This document shows positions 38,925-49,851 of a stretch of 64,000 nucleotides of DNA, piece by piece. This DNA comes from Candidatus Omnitrophota bacterium (GTDB lineage Bacteria; Omnitrophota; Gorgyraeia; Duberdicusellales; 4484-171). Numbering within the stretch: position 1 is the first letter of the stretch; each line of letters starts with the position of its first letter. The position numbers and the translations under genes were made by a program. Location: contig JAFGQU010000007.1 in NCBI GenBank assembly GCA_016935525.1, positions 9,057 to 73,056 of the forward strand. Direction: 5' to 3'. The notes under the pieces were generated by a model that worked only from the letters and a program-made list of their open reading frames with translations, was not told where the DNA came from and searched no databases.

Positions 38925-41364
38925 TCGATTTACCGAACGAGCACGTAAAGTGCTGGTTTTAGCCAAAGAAGAAGCGAGGCGGTTCAATCATGATTATATC
39001 GGGACCGAACATATCCTGTTGGGCCTGGTGCGGGAAGGAGAAGGAGTCGCCTGCGCGGTGTTGCAGAATTTAGGGGCCGATCTTGACCGGTTGCGTATTG
39101 AGGTCGAGAAATTGATCACTCCCGGCAGTGTGACCGGCGTGGTCGGAGATATTCCTTTTACGCCCCGGGCCAAGAAAGCTCTGGAACTTGCCGCCGAAGA
39201 GGCCCGTACGCTCGGGCATAATTATATCGGGACCGAACATATCCTCCTGGGGCTTATCCGGGAAGGCGAAGGTCTGGCAATGCAGGTCCTTTACAGTCTG
39301 GGAGTGGATTTAGACAAAGTCCGTGAAGAAATAGCATCCCTCTTGGGCGGAACCCATTCGGCTCCCGGCGGCCAGCAGGGCGGGACGGCGCAAAGCGCTT
39401 CGAAGACTCCGGCGCTGGACTCTTTCGGCAGAAATCTGACCAAACTCGCCCGGGAAGGAAAACTTGACCCGGTAATCGGCCGGAGTGTAGAGATCGAACG
39501 GGTGATCCAGATCCTTTCCCGGCGGACTAAAAATAATCCGGTACTTTTAGGAGAAGCCGGGGTAGGAAAGACCGCGATCGTCGAAGGTCTTGCCCAGAGT
39601 ATCGTCAGCGGTAATGTCCCTGAAGTATTACGGAATAAACGGATCATCGGACTTGATCTTGCGCTTATGATCGCCGGGACGAAATACCGCGGACAGTTTG
39701 AAGAACGGATCAAAGCGGTAATGGAAGAGATCAAACGGTCAAAAGAAGTCATTATTTTTATCGATGAATTACATACATTAGTAGGCGCCGGCGCGGCTGA
39801 GGGGGCGATTGACGCGTCCAATATCCTTAAACCTTCGCTTTCCCGCGGAGAGATCCAGTGTATCGGAGCGACGACGCTGGATGAATACCGTAAACATATC
39901 GAAAAAGACGCGGCATTGGAAAGAAGGTTCCAGCCGATCTTTGTAGAACCGAGTACCGTGACCGAAACGGTAGAGATATTGAAAGGGTTACGGGACAAAT
40001 ATGAAGCGCATCACCGGGTAAAATTTACCGATGAAGCGTTGGAAGCCGCGGCGACATTATCCGACCGGTACGTCTCAGGCCGGTTTTTACCGGATAAGGC
40101 TATTGATTTGATCGATGAAGCCGGTGCCCGTTCGCGTCTTGCGGTATTGATTGTCCCGCCGGAAATCCAGGAGCTGGAGAACAAGATAAAGGAGATCATT
40201 AAAGAGAAAGAAGCGTTGATTAAACAACAGGATTTTGAAGCTGCGGCGCGTCTGCGGGACGAAGAAAAAAGCCTGCGGGTGAAACTGGAAAGTCTGCGCC
40301 GGGATTGGGGTAAAAAACGGGACCAGATCGTCCCTAACCTTTCGGTCGATGAAATCGCCAAACTCGTGTCTCAGATCACCGGTATCCCTATTTTCCGGTT
40401 GGAGGAGGCCGAGTCGGATAAATTACTTAAGATGGAAGAAAAGTTAAGCGAGAATGTGATCGGCCAGGAGGAAGCTCTGGCGGCGATTTCCCGAAGCGTC
40501 CGCCGGGCGAGGGCCGGAGTAAAAGAACCGCGCCGGCCTATCGGTTCGTTCATCTTCCTGGGGCCGACCGGTGTAGGAAAGACTTTGCTTGCCCGCGCGC
40601 TTACCGAATTCATGTTCGGCGATGAAGATGCGATGATCCAGCTCGATATGAGTGAATATATGGAAAAATTTAACGTGTCACGTCTGGTCGGCGCTCCTCC
40701 GGGATATGTCGGATACGAGGAAGGCGGACAGCTTACTGAACGGGTCCGTCGTCGTCCTTATTCGGTCATCCTGCTTGATGAGATCGAGAAAGCGCACCCG
40801 GATGTGTTCAATCTGCTGTTACAGATCTTTGAAGAAGGCCGGCTTACCGATAGTTTCGGGAGAAAAGTGGATTTTCGTAATACGATCATTATCATGACTT
40901 CTAACGTCGGCGCCGATATTATTCGTCAAAAAGGGTCGTTAGGGTTCATGGCGGTACAGGAAAATTCGATTAGTTATGATGAGATAAAAAAACATTTGAT
41001 GGAAGAAGTGAAAAAGACGTTTAAACCGGAATTCCTGAACCGGCTGGATGAGATCATTGTGTTTAAACCGCTGAATAAAGAATCATTAGGGAATATTGTC
41101 GATATCGAAATTAATTACGTCAATCAGCGTCTCAAAGACCAGGGGTTCTATGTAGAGTTGACTCCCGATGCGAAAGATTTTTTTACTGAACGGGGATTTG
41201 ATCCGGTGTTCGGGGCAAGGCCTCTTAAACGGGTCATTCAACGGTTTCTGGAAGATCCTCTGGCCGAAGATATTATCCGCGGCCGGTTTTCGGAAGAACT
41301 AAAAAAAGGGGGACAGGTCCGAGTAGTCGCTAAACGCAATAAAGACGAATTAATTTTTGAATGA
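38917..41364 (+). CDS. clpC: ATP-dependent Clp protease ATP-binding subunit ClpC
   Basis: two Clp N repeats, two AAA+ modules ([16 protein letters not shown]), UVR-like linker. Confidence 0.9.
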   Translation: MFNRFTERARKVLVLAKEEARRFNHDYIGTEHILLGLVREGEGVACAVLQNLGADLDRLRIEVEKLITPGSVTGVVGDIPFTPRAKKALELAAEEARTLGHNYIGTEHILLGLIREGEGLAMQVLYSLGVDLDKVREEIASLLGGTHSAPGGQQGGTAQSASKTPALDSFGRNLTKLAREGKLDPVIGRSVEIERVIQILSRRTKNNPVLLGEAGVGKTAIVEGLAQSIVSGNVPEVLRNKRIIGLDLALMIAGTKYRGQFEERIKAVMEEIKRSKEVIIFIDELHTLVGAGAAEGAIDASNILKPSLSRGEIQCIGATTLDEYRKHIEKDAALERRFQPIFVEPSTVTETVEILKGLRDKYEAHHRVKFTDEALEAAATLSDRYVSGRFLPDKAIDLIDEAGARSRLAVLIVPPEIQELENKIKEIIKEKEALIKQQDFEAAARLRDEEKSLRVKLESLRRDWGKKRDQIVPNLSVDEIAKLVSQITGIPIFRLEEAESDKLLKMEEKLSENVIGQEEALAAISRSVRRARAGVKEPRRPIGSFIFLGPTGVGKTLLARALTEFMFGDEDAMIQLDMSEYMEKFNVSRLVGAPPGYVGYEEGGQLTERVRRRPYSVILLDEIEKAHPDVFNLLLQIFEEGRLTDSFGRKVDFRNTIIIMTSNVGADIIRQKGSLGFMAVQENSISYDEIKKHLMEEVKKTFKPEFLNRLDEIIVFKPLNKESLGNIVDIEINYVNQRLKDQGFYVELTPDAKDFFTERGFDPVFGARPLKRVIQRFLEDPLAEDIIRGRFSEELKKGGQVRVVAKRNKDELIFE

Positions 41365-42245
41365 GATTTTTGATATGCGCATTGATTGTGGCAGGAATCA
41401 CCCTCAACGGGTATGGATTTAGTAATACGGTTGAATTTGATTTTAACTCTCCTCATTCTTTCCATATTTTGCTTTCTCAGGTACAATGCGGCCAGTCTAC
41501 TCTTAACGGGGATGTTGCGGTACATGTTACCAAGAAAGAAGATTATCTTATTTATAACATACATATTGACGGCCTGGGATGGGGAGGCTTTGCTTTTAGT
41601 CCGATTGAAGCTAAAATAATCAAGAAGGGTTCGGAATTTATTATTAACTATGCAAAAAGCAAAGATTTCCTGATTCGTGGTAAAATAGATTACGCGAAGA
41701 ATATCGTTGACTTGAACGTGAACGTGCATATGGCGATGACGATGGAAGGATTCCTGGGGGACGTTCAGGGAGATATCTTCATCCAGGGGAGTACGAACAA
41801 CCCGTTGTTACGAGGCAAACTTCTGGTGAAAGACGGTAAACTGGTAAACTTCACGTTTAAAGAAACAGTTCTTTTTTTCAGCGGGACGTATCCTTATCTG
41901 AACGTGAGCGATTCCCAGACGGTGTTACCCGACGGGACGGCGTATATTCTGGAAGGGAGGATAAACATCCGCGATTTCCAGACGATGTACGCTTCATTGC
42001 GTTCCAGTGCCAAAGAGATCATCAGTATCGGGGATTGGAAGATATACCGCGGTATCGACGATGCCGGAATCGGCCGTGACGTCGATTCCCGGTTAGGAGT
42101 CCGGTTAGGCGGTTCATCCGCCCCGAATCAGGCTCAACAGCTCGGGACGGAATTACGGTTCCGTCTTGACGAGAATAAATTTTTAAAATATCGTATTGAA
42201 GAGGATAAATCAATCCTGGGGTTTGAGAGGAAGAGCGAATTTTAG
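41361..42245 (+). CDS. hypothetical secreted protein (signal peptide; possibly TamB/AsmA-like)
   Basis: [19 protein letters not shown] signal peptide; no firm family assignment. Confidence 0.45.
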   Translation: MRFLICALIVAGITLNGYGFSNTVEFDFNSPHSFHILLSQVQCGQSTLNGDVAVHVTKKEDYLIYNIHIDGLGWGGFAFSPIEAKIIKKGSEFIINYAKSKDFLIRGKIDYAKNIVDLNVNVHMAMTMEGFLGDVQGDIFIQGSTNNPLLRGKLLVKDGKLVNFTFKETVLFFSGTYPYLNVSDSQTVLPDGTAYILEGRINIRDFQTMYASLRSSAKEIISIGDWKIYRGIDDAGIGRDVDSRLGVRLGGSSAPNQAQQLGTELRFRLDENKFLKYRIEEDKSILGFERKSEF

Positions 42246-42247
42246 CC

Positions 42248-43012
42248 ATGTATATACTTAAGAATGCCGAACAACTTCTTAAATATTGCGGAAGTGTAGG
42301 TATCTTTATTAAAGATACCGTTTATTTCATGCTGACCCGCCGCCATAATCTGAAGATCGTCCTTAAAGAGATCGTTTCCATAGGGATCGAGAGCTTTTTT
42401 CTGGTCTCGTTGATCTCCTTTTTTGTGGGGATTATCATCGCGTTTCAGACTGCGTCTTTTCTAAAACAGTTTTCTTCCGAAATCTATATTTCTTCTTTGG
42501 TCGGGCTTTCTCTGGTACGGGAATTAGGTCCGGTCCTGGGATCTTTGATCGTTGCCGCCAGGAGTGGCGCGGCGATTACCGCAGGGATCGGGGCGATGAA
42601 GATCTCCGAACAGGTCGATGCGCTGGAAGCGTTCGCGGTAAATCCCATCGATTACCTGGTAGTACCTAAATTCATAAGCCTGCTGTTTTCCATGCCGTTA
42701 CTGGTGATCTACGGGGGATGCCTGGGGATTTTCGGCGGATACGTGGTCGGCGCGGCGAAATTTTCTATACCGTTCAATCTTTATTTCCAGATGACCTTTG
42801 AATCGTTACAGTACAAAGATATTGTCAGCGGTCTGATTAAAAGTGTCTGTTTCGGGTCGATCATTGCGCTTATCTCCGCGTTTGAAGGATTCCGTCCGCA
42901 GTCATCGGCCGACGTATCGAAAGCGGTACAAATGTCGGTAGTACGTTCGTTTTTATTGATCATTATCTGCGATTGTATCCTGACGGCGCTTTTCTATTTT
43001 ATATTAGCATGA
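42248..43012 (+). CDS. mlaE: MlaE-type ABC permease
   Basis: MlaE/Ttg2B-like TM protein preceding an ATPase and an MCE protein. Confidence 0.75.
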   Translation: MYILKNAEQLLKYCGSVGIFIKDTVYFMLTRRHNLKIVLKEIVSIGIESFFLVSLISFFVGIIIAFQTASFLKQFSSEIYISSLVGLSLVRELGPVLGSLIVAARSGAAITAGIGAMKISEQVDALEAFAVNPIDYLVVPKFISLLFSMPLLVIYGGCLGIFGGYVVGAAKFSIPFNLYFQMTFESLQYKDIVSGLIKSVCFGSIIALISAFEGFRPQSSADVSKAVQMSVVRSFLLIIICDCILTALFYFILA

Positions 43013-43776
43013 GTCTCATTGAATTGAAAAATATAAGTAAATCGTTCGAACAGAAAAAAGTATTAGACCGGATCGACTTGTCTATTGAAGCGGGAGAAGC
43101 GTTCCTTATTTTAGGAAGAAGCGGTGCCGGTAAAACCGTGCTTTTGCGGCATTTGATCGGCCTCATCCATCCCGATTCCGGACGGGTATTGATCGACGGG
43201 AAAGACCTCAATCAGCTTGATGAACAGGAACTTGTCCAGACCCGTCTTAAATTCGGAGTCGTTTTTCAGAACAGCGCCCTTTTCGATTCGCTGACTGTCG
43301 GTGAGAATGTCGGGTTCGCGCTTATTCAGCATTCGGCGTTGACGAAAGCCGAGATCTTACCTAAAGTGCATACGGCATTGGAGATGGTCGGCCTGGAAGG
43401 GATAGAGGAACTCTATCCGTATGAATTAAGCGGCGGGATGCGTAAACGGGTCGCGATCGCCCGGGCGATCATTTATCGTCCTAAGATCATTATTTATGAT
43501 GAACCGACGACCGGTATCGACCCTATTTCTGTCGATAAGATCGTCCATCTTATCCAGGACCTGCATCAGCGGCTGTCGATTACGACACTGGTAGTCACTC
43601 ATGACCTCGACGTGGGTTTGAAAATAGCGCAACGAGTTGCGTTTTTATTACAGGGAAAGATCATCTTTGAAGGTAATAAAGATGATCTGCAGAATCCGGA
43701 AAGAATAACCGACCCGCGGGTCGTCCAGTTTATTCAGGGCTCATCAAGCGGCCCGATAAAGGAGATGGAGGTATAA
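43009..43776 (+). CDS. mlaF: MlaF-type ABC ATP-binding protein
   Basis: GRSGAGKT, LSGGMRKRVAIARA. Confidence 0.8.
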   Translation: MSLIELKNISKSFEQKKVLDRIDLSIEAGEAFLILGRSGAGKTVLLRHLIGLIHPDSGRVLIDGKDLNQLDEQELVQTRLKFGVVFQNSALFDSLTVGENVGFALIQHSALTKAEILPKVHTALEMVGLEGIEELYPYELSGGMRKRVAIARAIIYRPKIIIYDEPTTGIDPISVDKIVHLIQDLHQRLSITTLVVTHDLDVGLKIAQRVAFLLQGKIIFEGNKDDLQNPERITDPRVVQFIQGSSSGPIKEMEV

Positions 43777-43778
43777 CA

Positions 43779-44489
43779 ATGAAAAGAAAGATCCTGGATA
43801 TACGGAAATATCTTCTTGAAATAAGAGTAGGCATTTTCCTGGTAGGAGCGGTATTGCTCCTTTTTCTTGCCGGGATTTCCATACAGGAAGTCTCTTTCCT
43901 GCAGGGGACCTATGTTCTGGGAGTAAAATTCGATTTTGCCGAAGGGCTTAAACCGGCATCCCCGGTCCGGTTTGCGGGAGTCGACGTGGGGGAGATTAAA
44001 AATGTCGAAGTCGATACTTCCGATTCTAAACCGATCGTCTATGTGCAGGCTAAGATTAAACAGGGGACAAAAGTTCCCCGCGGTTCCCGCTTCTTTATCA
44101 ATAGTCTCAGCCTTTTCGGAGAAAAGTATCTGGAGATCATTCCGCCTAAAACGATCGAAGAATACTTGAAACCGGGCGAGATGGTCGAAGGGATCTCTTC
44201 GGTCCCTTTATTTACGATTATGTCTTCCTTTCACCAGACCATGGTTAAAGTTGATGAGTTTGTTCAGGATGGGCAAGTAAAAGAGTCTTTTAAAGAAATT
44301 GTGTTAAATCTAAAAAATATTACTGAGCACTTTGAAGAGATCATGAGAGATATTCATCAAGGTGAAGGTACTATAGGAAAATTTCTTTATGACGACTCAC
44401 TCTACATAAAAACTGAAGAGTTAGTTGACGATATCAAAGCCCATCCTTGGAAACTTTTACATAAACCAAAAGAAATAAGATCCCGTTAA
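43779..44489 (+). CDS. mlaD: MlaD-type MCE-domain substrate-binding protein
   Basis: N-terminal TM plus MCE domain. Confidence 0.7.
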   Translation: MKRKILDIRKYLLEIRVGIFLVGAVLLLFLAGISIQEVSFLQGTYVLGVKFDFAEGLKPASPVRFAGVDVGEIKNVEVDTSDSKPIVYVQAKIKQGTKVPRGSRFFINSLSLFGEKYLEIIPPKTIEEYLKPGEMVEGISSVPLFTIMSSFHQTMVKVDEFVQDGQVKESFKEIVLNLKNITEHFEEIMRDIHQGEGTIGKFLYDDSLYIKTEELVDDIKAHPWKLLHKPKEIRSR

Positions 44490-44567
44490 CGGTATCTTTT
44501 GCAGGAAGGCGGGGTAATGGCATCGAGAGATGCGGTTACGTGCCTTTTTGTAAGACAGAAAATATGT

Positions 44568-45932
44568 ATGGGTAAAACACAGACTATATTTGTATGCACT
44601 GAATGCGGATACCAATCGGTAAAGTGGCTGGGGAAATGCCCTCACTGCGCCAGCTGGGAGACATTCGAAGAGCAGACCGAGACCAAACACGTAATGTTGA
44701 GCGATACGGGTATGGTCTCACGAAACCCCAGTACTCCGGTCCCTTTAGCCGAAGTCAGCCGCTATTCGTTAGAACGTATCCCTACGGGACTTGCCGGTTT
44801 TGATACGATCCTCGGCGGAGGGTTAGTGAAAGGCGAGGTCGTACTTATCGGGGGAGAACCGGGAGTAGGGAAATCTACTCTCCTCCTTGAGGTAAGCGCG
44901 AAATTAGCTCAAAAAGGTAAAGTGCTTTATGTGAGTGCGGAGGAGTCGGTCGAACAGGTAGCGTTAAGAGCAAAACGCCTGGGCTTACACGCTGAAAACT
45001 TTTATCTTCTCAACGAAGAAGATATCAGCGCCGTATATGAACATATAAAGAAAGAACGGTTTGAGTTCCTTATCGTCGATTCTATTCAGGTGGTCCATCA
45101 TCCTTCAATCGGTACTCAGAAAGGGAGCGTCCCGCAGATAAAAGGGTGCGCGGATTTCCTGACCCAGATCGCCAAGAATACCGGATTGATGGTATTCATT
45201 GTCGGACATGTCACGAAAGACGGGATGATCGCCGGGCCGAAACTTTTAGAACATATTGTCGATTGCGTGCTTTATTTTGAGAGTGAAGTGATCTCCTATT
45301 ACCGTATTTTACGGACGATAAAGAACCGGTTCGGAGCAACCGGAGAGATCGCCGCATTCCAGATGACCGAAGACGGTTTGAATGAAGTCGAAAGCTTAAG
45401 CGGCATCCTCCTGCCTCACCATCAATCTCCGGTCGCGGGCTCCTCGATCGTCTGTGTGGTCGAAGGAATAAGGCCGTTGGTGCTGGAATTGCAATCTTTG
45501 GTGAGTAAAGCTTCATTCGGAGTGGTCCGTCGGCGTTCGTTAGGGTTCGATTTTAACCGGTTTTCTCTTTTGATCGCGATCATTGAAAAAAGGCTGAAAC
45601 TCACGTGTTCCAGTGACGACGTGTTCCTCAATGTGAGCGGCGGGTTAAGGATCAATGATCCAAGCGCGGATCTGGCGGCGTGTATGGCGATTATTTCCAG
45701 CTATAAAGATAAAGCGATACTTGAAGGAATAGTGTTTCTGGGAGAGGTGGGGCTTGCCGGGGAAATAAGGCCGCTCAATAATATCAATATCCGCCTGAAG
45801 GAGATCGCCCGGTCAGGGTTCAAGAAAGTATTTATTCCGCAAGGTAATCTTAAAGAGGTTGACGTAAAAGTGAGAGAAGTTACAATTAAGGCAGTAAATA
45901 CGTTAAAGGAGACCGTAGAAGAAATATGGTAA
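44568..45932 (+). CDS. radA: DNA repair protein RadA/Sms
   Basis: CTECGYQSVKWLGKCPHCASW zinc finger, GEPGVGKST Walker A, Lon-like C-terminus; ORF-track start 44499 is an alternative. Confidence 0.9.
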   Translation: MGKTQTIFVCTECGYQSVKWLGKCPHCASWETFEEQTETKHVMLSDTGMVSRNPSTPVPLAEVSRYSLERIPTGLAGFDTILGGGLVKGEVVLIGGEPGVGKSTLLLEVSAKLAQKGKVLYVSAEESVEQVALRAKRLGLHAENFYLLNEEDISAVYEHIKKERFEFLIVDSIQVVHHPSIGTQKGSVPQIKGCADFLTQIAKNTGLMVFIVGHVTKDGMIAGPKLLEHIVDCVLYFESEVISYYRILRTIKNRFGATGEIAAFQMTEDGLNEVESLSGILLPHHQSPVAGSSIVCVVEGIRPLVLELQSLVSKASFGVVRRRSLGFDFNRFSLLIAIIEKRLKLTCSSDDVFLNVSGGLRINDPSADLAACMAIISSYKDKAILEGIVFLGEVGLAGEIRPLNNINIRLKEIARSGFKKVFIPQGNLKEVDVKVREVTIKAVNTLKETVEEIW

Positions 45933-45962
45933 AAAGGGGAGTTTTTATTAATATTTTGAGAT

Positions 45963-46072
45963 CCTTGACAATAGGGTTACGTAATCCCATGGTCAAGGAT
46001 TCAATTCGCACCTGTCACTTATGAGCGCTTATGCTCCATAAGTGACGTGCTCATTGAAGGAGGGGTATTTTT
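45963..46072 (+). promoter_or_regulatory. second copy of the structured leader (CCTTGACA..GGTCAAGG palindrome plus hairpin GTCACTTATG..CATAAGTGAC plus GCTCATTGAAGGAGG)
   Basis: compensatory stem changes relative to 23033-23072. Confidence 0.55.
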
Positions 46073-47050
46073 ATGAACAGTCTTAATGTGATCCGGGCGC
46101 TTTTTGTGCTCATATTTGCCGGAGCCGGATATCTTTTGGGAAAAGATCAGGCGTTTATGTTCGCGATGGTCGGTTTGTATGTAGGATTGATCGTGGTGAT
46201 TATTGAGGCCGTTGCTCACCGGTTGTCGTTTAAAGGTTTTCTGGCGGCAATGCTGGGAGCAGTAATCGGATTGGGCGTAGGCGGTGCTTTCGGCGGTATC
46301 CTTGAACTTTTCCGGTTACCGGTGGAGTTCATCCGTTTGAGCAAGTTGATGCTTTCTTTAGGGTTTATCTATTTTGGGGTAGCTTTGGCGCTTAAGATCA
46401 ACGATGAATTTTATCTAATGATCCCGTATGTCCGGTTCAAGAGACAGGAACTGAACGAAGAATCGATCGTAATCGATACTTCAAGCATTATCGACGGCAG
46501 GATCCTCGATATCGTAAAGACCGGATTCATCGATGCCAACCTGATCGTGCCGCGGTTCGTATTGAACGAATTGCAGACCCTTGCCGATTCGACCGAACAT
46601 ATAAAACGGCAAAGAGGCAAGCGCGGCATCGAAATATTACATTCACTCAAAAAAGAACCGGGGATGCAGGTGATCATCGGCGATAAAGATTTTAAAGACA
46701 AAAAAGGGGTCGATGCCAAAATAGTAAAGTTGGCTAAACTTTCGGAAGCGAAAGTGCTGACCACCGATTACAATTTAAACCGTATCGCCCAGTTAGAAGG
46801 CGTGAAAGTATTGAATGTCAACGACCTGACCAACGCCCTGAAACCGATCTGCATGCCGGGTGAGAAATTGAACCTTAAACTTGTGAAAGAAGGAAAAGAA
46901 TCGAATCAGGCCGTAGGCTATTTAGAAGACGGCACCATGGTCGTGGTCGAAAACGCCCGCTGGCTTATCGGTAAAACGGCGGAAGTCGAGGTTACCTCGG
47001 TATTACAATCTCCTTCAGGGAGGATCGTATTCACTAAGTTAACTGGATAA
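46073..47050 (+). CDS. PIN and TRAM domain membrane protein (YacL-like)
   Basis: N-terminal TM helices, PIN core, C-terminal TRAM; position after radA as in Bacillus. Confidence 0.7.
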   Translation: MNSLNVIRALFVLIFAGAGYLLGKDQAFMFAMVGLYVGLIVVIIEAVAHRLSFKGFLAAMLGAVIGLGVGGAFGGILELFRLPVEFIRLSKLMLSLGFIYFGVALALKINDEFYLMIPYVRFKRQELNEESIVIDTSSIIDGRILDIVKTGFIDANLIVPRFVLNELQTLADSTEHIKRQRGKRGIEILHSLKKEPGMQVIIGDKDFKDKKGVDAKIVKLAKLSEAKVLTTDYNLNRIAQLEGVKVLNVNDLTNALKPICMPGEKLNLKLVKEGKESNQAVGYLEDGTMVVVENARWLIGKTAEVEVTSVLQSPSGRIVFTKLTG

Positions 47051-47056
47051 ATAATG

Positions 47057-47136
47057 GTCACACGACACATAGTCACACGTCACACGGGAGGAAAAAACCG
47101 TGACCTGTGACCTTGTGACCTTGTGACTTTGTGACG
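47057..47136. repeat. family A GTCACA/TGTGAC element
   Basis: GTCACACGACACATAGTCACACGTCACACG ... GTGACCTGTGACCTTGTGACCTTGTGACTTTGTGACG. Confidence 0.7.
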
Positions 47137-47140
47137 TTGT

Positions 47141-47812
47141 ATGAAAGTTGGAGCTATACTCGTCTGTGCCGGGAAAGGCAAACGTTTAAAACATAAAAAA
47201 GATAAAGCGTTTGTCCTTTTAGGGAAAAAACCGCTTCTATGGTACAGCCTTAGAACCTTTCTTGCCCTTTCGGCGATACGGGAGATCGTAGTCGTTGTTT
47301 CCAAAGAGTCATTCCCTCAAGCCGCTCAGATTTTGAAAGAGAAGAAAGTCAAGGTAGCCTGCGGCGGCATACGTCGTCAGGATTCGGTATATCAGGGGCT
47401 GGCGAACCTTTCCGGAAGTATCGATACGGTACTTGTCCATGACGGTGCCCGTCCGTTTGTGCATAAAACGCATATCACGGCGCTGATAAAGGCTTTAAAG
47501 AAAAATCCGGCGGTCACCTTAGGGGTACCGGTAAAAGAAGCGTTAAAGAAAGTAAAAAAGGCCACGATCGTATTACCGATAGACCGTCACGGGATCTATA
47601 TGATCCAGACCCCGCAAGGATTTACACGTGATCTCCTGGAAGATTCGTTTAAACGGTTTAAAAAAAGAAACGTATACGATGAGACCGAACTTATCGGGCT
47701 GCTCGGTAAAAAAGTGAAAGTCATACCCGGTGACTATAATAATATCAAGGTTACCTATCGGGAAGACCTCGAAGTAGCCGAGGCGTTTCTCAACCATTTC
47801 AAATGCCGATGA
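47141..47812 (+). CDS. ispD: 2-C-methyl-D-erythritol 4-phosphate cytidylyltransferase
   Basis: AILVCAGKGKR...VLVHDGARPF motifs. Confidence 0.85.
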   Translation: MKVGAILVCAGKGKRLKHKKDKAFVLLGKKPLLWYSLRTFLALSAIREIVVVVSKESFPQAAQILKEKKVKVACGGIRRQDSVYQGLANLSGSIDTVLVHDGARPFVHKTHITALIKALKKNPAVTLGVPVKEALKKVKKATIVLPIDRHGIYMIQTPQGFTRDLLEDSFKRFKKRNVYDETELIGLLGKKVKVIPGDYNNIKVTYREDLEVAEAFLNHFKCR

Positions 47813-48327
47813 GAATAAAGAGAAAAACAGCCGCACAGGGACCGGTACATCTGTTACGTATCGGGTTCGGTTTCGATGTGCACCGGTTCAGCTCCAAAAA
47901 GAAAGATCTTATGTTAGGCGGGATAAAGATCGCAGCCCCCTTCGGGATAGACGCGGTTTCCGACGGCGACGCGGTATTACACGCGGCCTGTGACGCGTTA
48001 TGCGGCGCGGCGGGGCTGGGAGATATCGGCGATATGTTCCCGCCCGGAAGTAAAAGATCGAAAGGGATACGCAGTACAAAGATTTTAGATACAGTACTGA
48101 AAAAAATGAAGAACCGTTATCAACTGCTTAACCTTGATTTGATAATCATTACCGACCGGCCGAAATTAGCCGGCCATAAAAAACGTATGGTCACATCGCT
48201 CAAGAAGCTGTTTAAGACCGGCCAGGTGAACGTGAAAATAAAATCAAAAGAAAAGCTGGATATTTTAGGGGGTACGGATTCTCTTTGTGTCATGGCTCAA
48301 GTATTGATGAAAAAATGTCAGAAATAA
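47803..48327 (+). CDS. ispF: 2-C-methyl-D-erythritol 2,4-cyclodiphosphate synthase
   Basis: RIGFGFDVHRF...GHSDADV-like motifs. Confidence 0.85.
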   Translation: MPMRIKRKTAAQGPVHLLRIGFGFDVHRFSSKKKDLMLGGIKIAAPFGIDAVSDGDAVLHAACDALCGAAGLGDIGDMFPPGSKRSKGIRSTKILDTVLKKMKNRYQLLNLDLIIITDRPKLAGHKKRMVTSLKKLFKTGQVNVKIKSKEKLDILGGTDSLCVMAQVLMKKCQK

Positions 48328-49757
48328 GGATATCTAATACGCTTACCGGGCAAAAGGAACTTTTCGGCCCGCTTACTCCGGGTACAGTGAATATGTATAC
48401 CTGCGGAGTCACCGTCTATGACCATTGCCATGTCGGCCACGCCCGGTCATTATACGTATTCGAAGTCATCCGCCGTTATCTTTCATTTCGCGGGTACAAA
48501 GTAACCCTGGTCCGTAACATTACCGATGTCGACGATAAGATCATCAATCGAGCCAGAGAATGGGCTCAAGAACAGGATATTTCGTTAGAAGAAGCGTTTG
48601 AGAAAGTGAGGACTACCTATATCGACAGTTACTACGAAGATCTGAAATTACTGGGAATCCCCCAGGCCGATGCCGAGCCGAAAGCGACCGAAAACATCGA
48701 AGAGATGCAGCACTATATAGGTAACCTTATCGAAAAAGGGGTTGCCTATGAAAAAGAAGGGAACGTGTATTTTTCGGTACGAACACTGCCTCATTACGGT
48801 GTGCTGTCCGGTAAAAAGATCGACGATCTTCTGGATTCGGTACGGATAGAAAAAGATCCTTATAAGAGAGATCCGCTTGATTTCGCGTTATGGAAAAAAA
48901 CCAAACCGGAGGAACCGGCGTGGGATAGTCCCTGGGGTAAAGGGAGGCCGGGCTGGCATATCGAGTGTTCGGTGATGAGTCAAAGATATCTTCACACCGA
49001 CACATTAGATATTCACGGCGGGGGGGTGGATCTGGTATTTCCTCATCATGAAAACGAATTGGCTCAGAGTGAAGCGCTGACCGGTAAACAGTTTGCGAAA
49101 TACTGGATTCATCACGGGTTACTGACCATCAACGGCCAGAAGATGGCAAAATCACTGGGCAACTTTTTTACGATAAAAGACGTAGTGAAAAAATATCCGG
49201 CAGATATCCTGAAACTTTTTTATCTTGGGGCGCATTATTCCAGTCCTATCGATTTCTCCTGGGAGAAGATGAAAGAGGCAAAAACTGCATACGAACGGAT
49301 CAAAATTCTTCATGATAAGTTACAACAGCAATATGGAAAAATTAATATTACAGAAGAGTTTAGAGGAGGGGCTGGTAATGCAGGTATTTTCAAACAGCAG
49401 TTTATTGAAGCGATGGATGATGATTTCAATATGCCGCGCGGCCTTGCGGTTTTGTTTGATATGGTAACTGCATTCAACAAAACACTTGATAGCGATATCG
49501 AATTAAAAGATTTTATTCTGAAATATGCTTTAGAAATAATGCAGGAAATTGCCCATATATTCTGTCTCGACTTTTTTACCGATAGACCGCTTGAACTGTC
49601 CGAAAAAGAGATCGAAGCGATGATCGAGATGCGCGCGGTCTATAAAAAACAAAAGAATTTCGAAGAAGCCGATAAAGTCCGCGAAGAATTATTAAAACAA
49701 GGTATTATTTTAGAAGACGGTAAAGACGGTAAAACTACCTGGCGCCGAAAACTTTAA
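48315..49757 (+). CDS. cysS: cysteinyl-tRNA synthetase
   Basis: HVGHARS (HIGH) and KMAKS (KMSKS) motifs; start set at MSEIRISNTLTG. Confidence 0.9.
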   Translation: MSEIRISNTLTGQKELFGPLTPGTVNMYTCGVTVYDHCHVGHARSLYVFEVIRRYLSFRGYKVTLVRNITDVDDKIINRAREWAQEQDISLEEAFEKVRTTYIDSYYEDLKLLGIPQADAEPKATENIEEMQHYIGNLIEKGVAYEKEGNVYFSVRTLPHYGVLSGKKIDDLLDSVRIEKDPYKRDPLDFALWKKTKPEEPAWDSPWGKGRPGWHIECSVMSQRYLHTDTLDIHGGGVDLVFPHHENELAQSEALTGKQFAKYWIHHGLLTINGQKMAKSLGNFFTIKDVVKKYPADILKLFYLGAHYSSPIDFSWEKMKEAKTAYERIKILHDKLQQQYGKINITEEFRGGAGNAGIFKQQFIEAMDDDFNMPRGLAVLFDMVTAFNKTLDSDIELKDFILKYALEIMQEIAHIFCLDFFTDRPLELSEKEIEAMIEMRAVYKKQKNFEEADKVREELLKQGIILEDGKDGKTTWRRKL

Positions 49758-49766
49758 TGTTCTTAA

Positions 49767-49797
49767 CCTTCTGGCAACCGCGTAGGTTGCCAGAAGG
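49767..49797. terminator. 13-bp perfect stem hairpin CCTTCTGGCAACC/GGTTGCCAGAAGG after cysS (no T-run)
   Basis: inverted repeat read directly from sequence. Confidence 0.4.
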
Positions 49798-49851
49798 TGT
49801 AATCAGCGTGAATCCGCGTTTAGATCAGCGCGGTTCCGCTTCTATAATGAT

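Noticed and set aside
39291-39998. 235-aa minus-strand ORF inside clpC
   Set aside because: Antisense to clpC, with Ser/Ala/Arg-rich low-complexity translation typical of reverse-frame artefacts.
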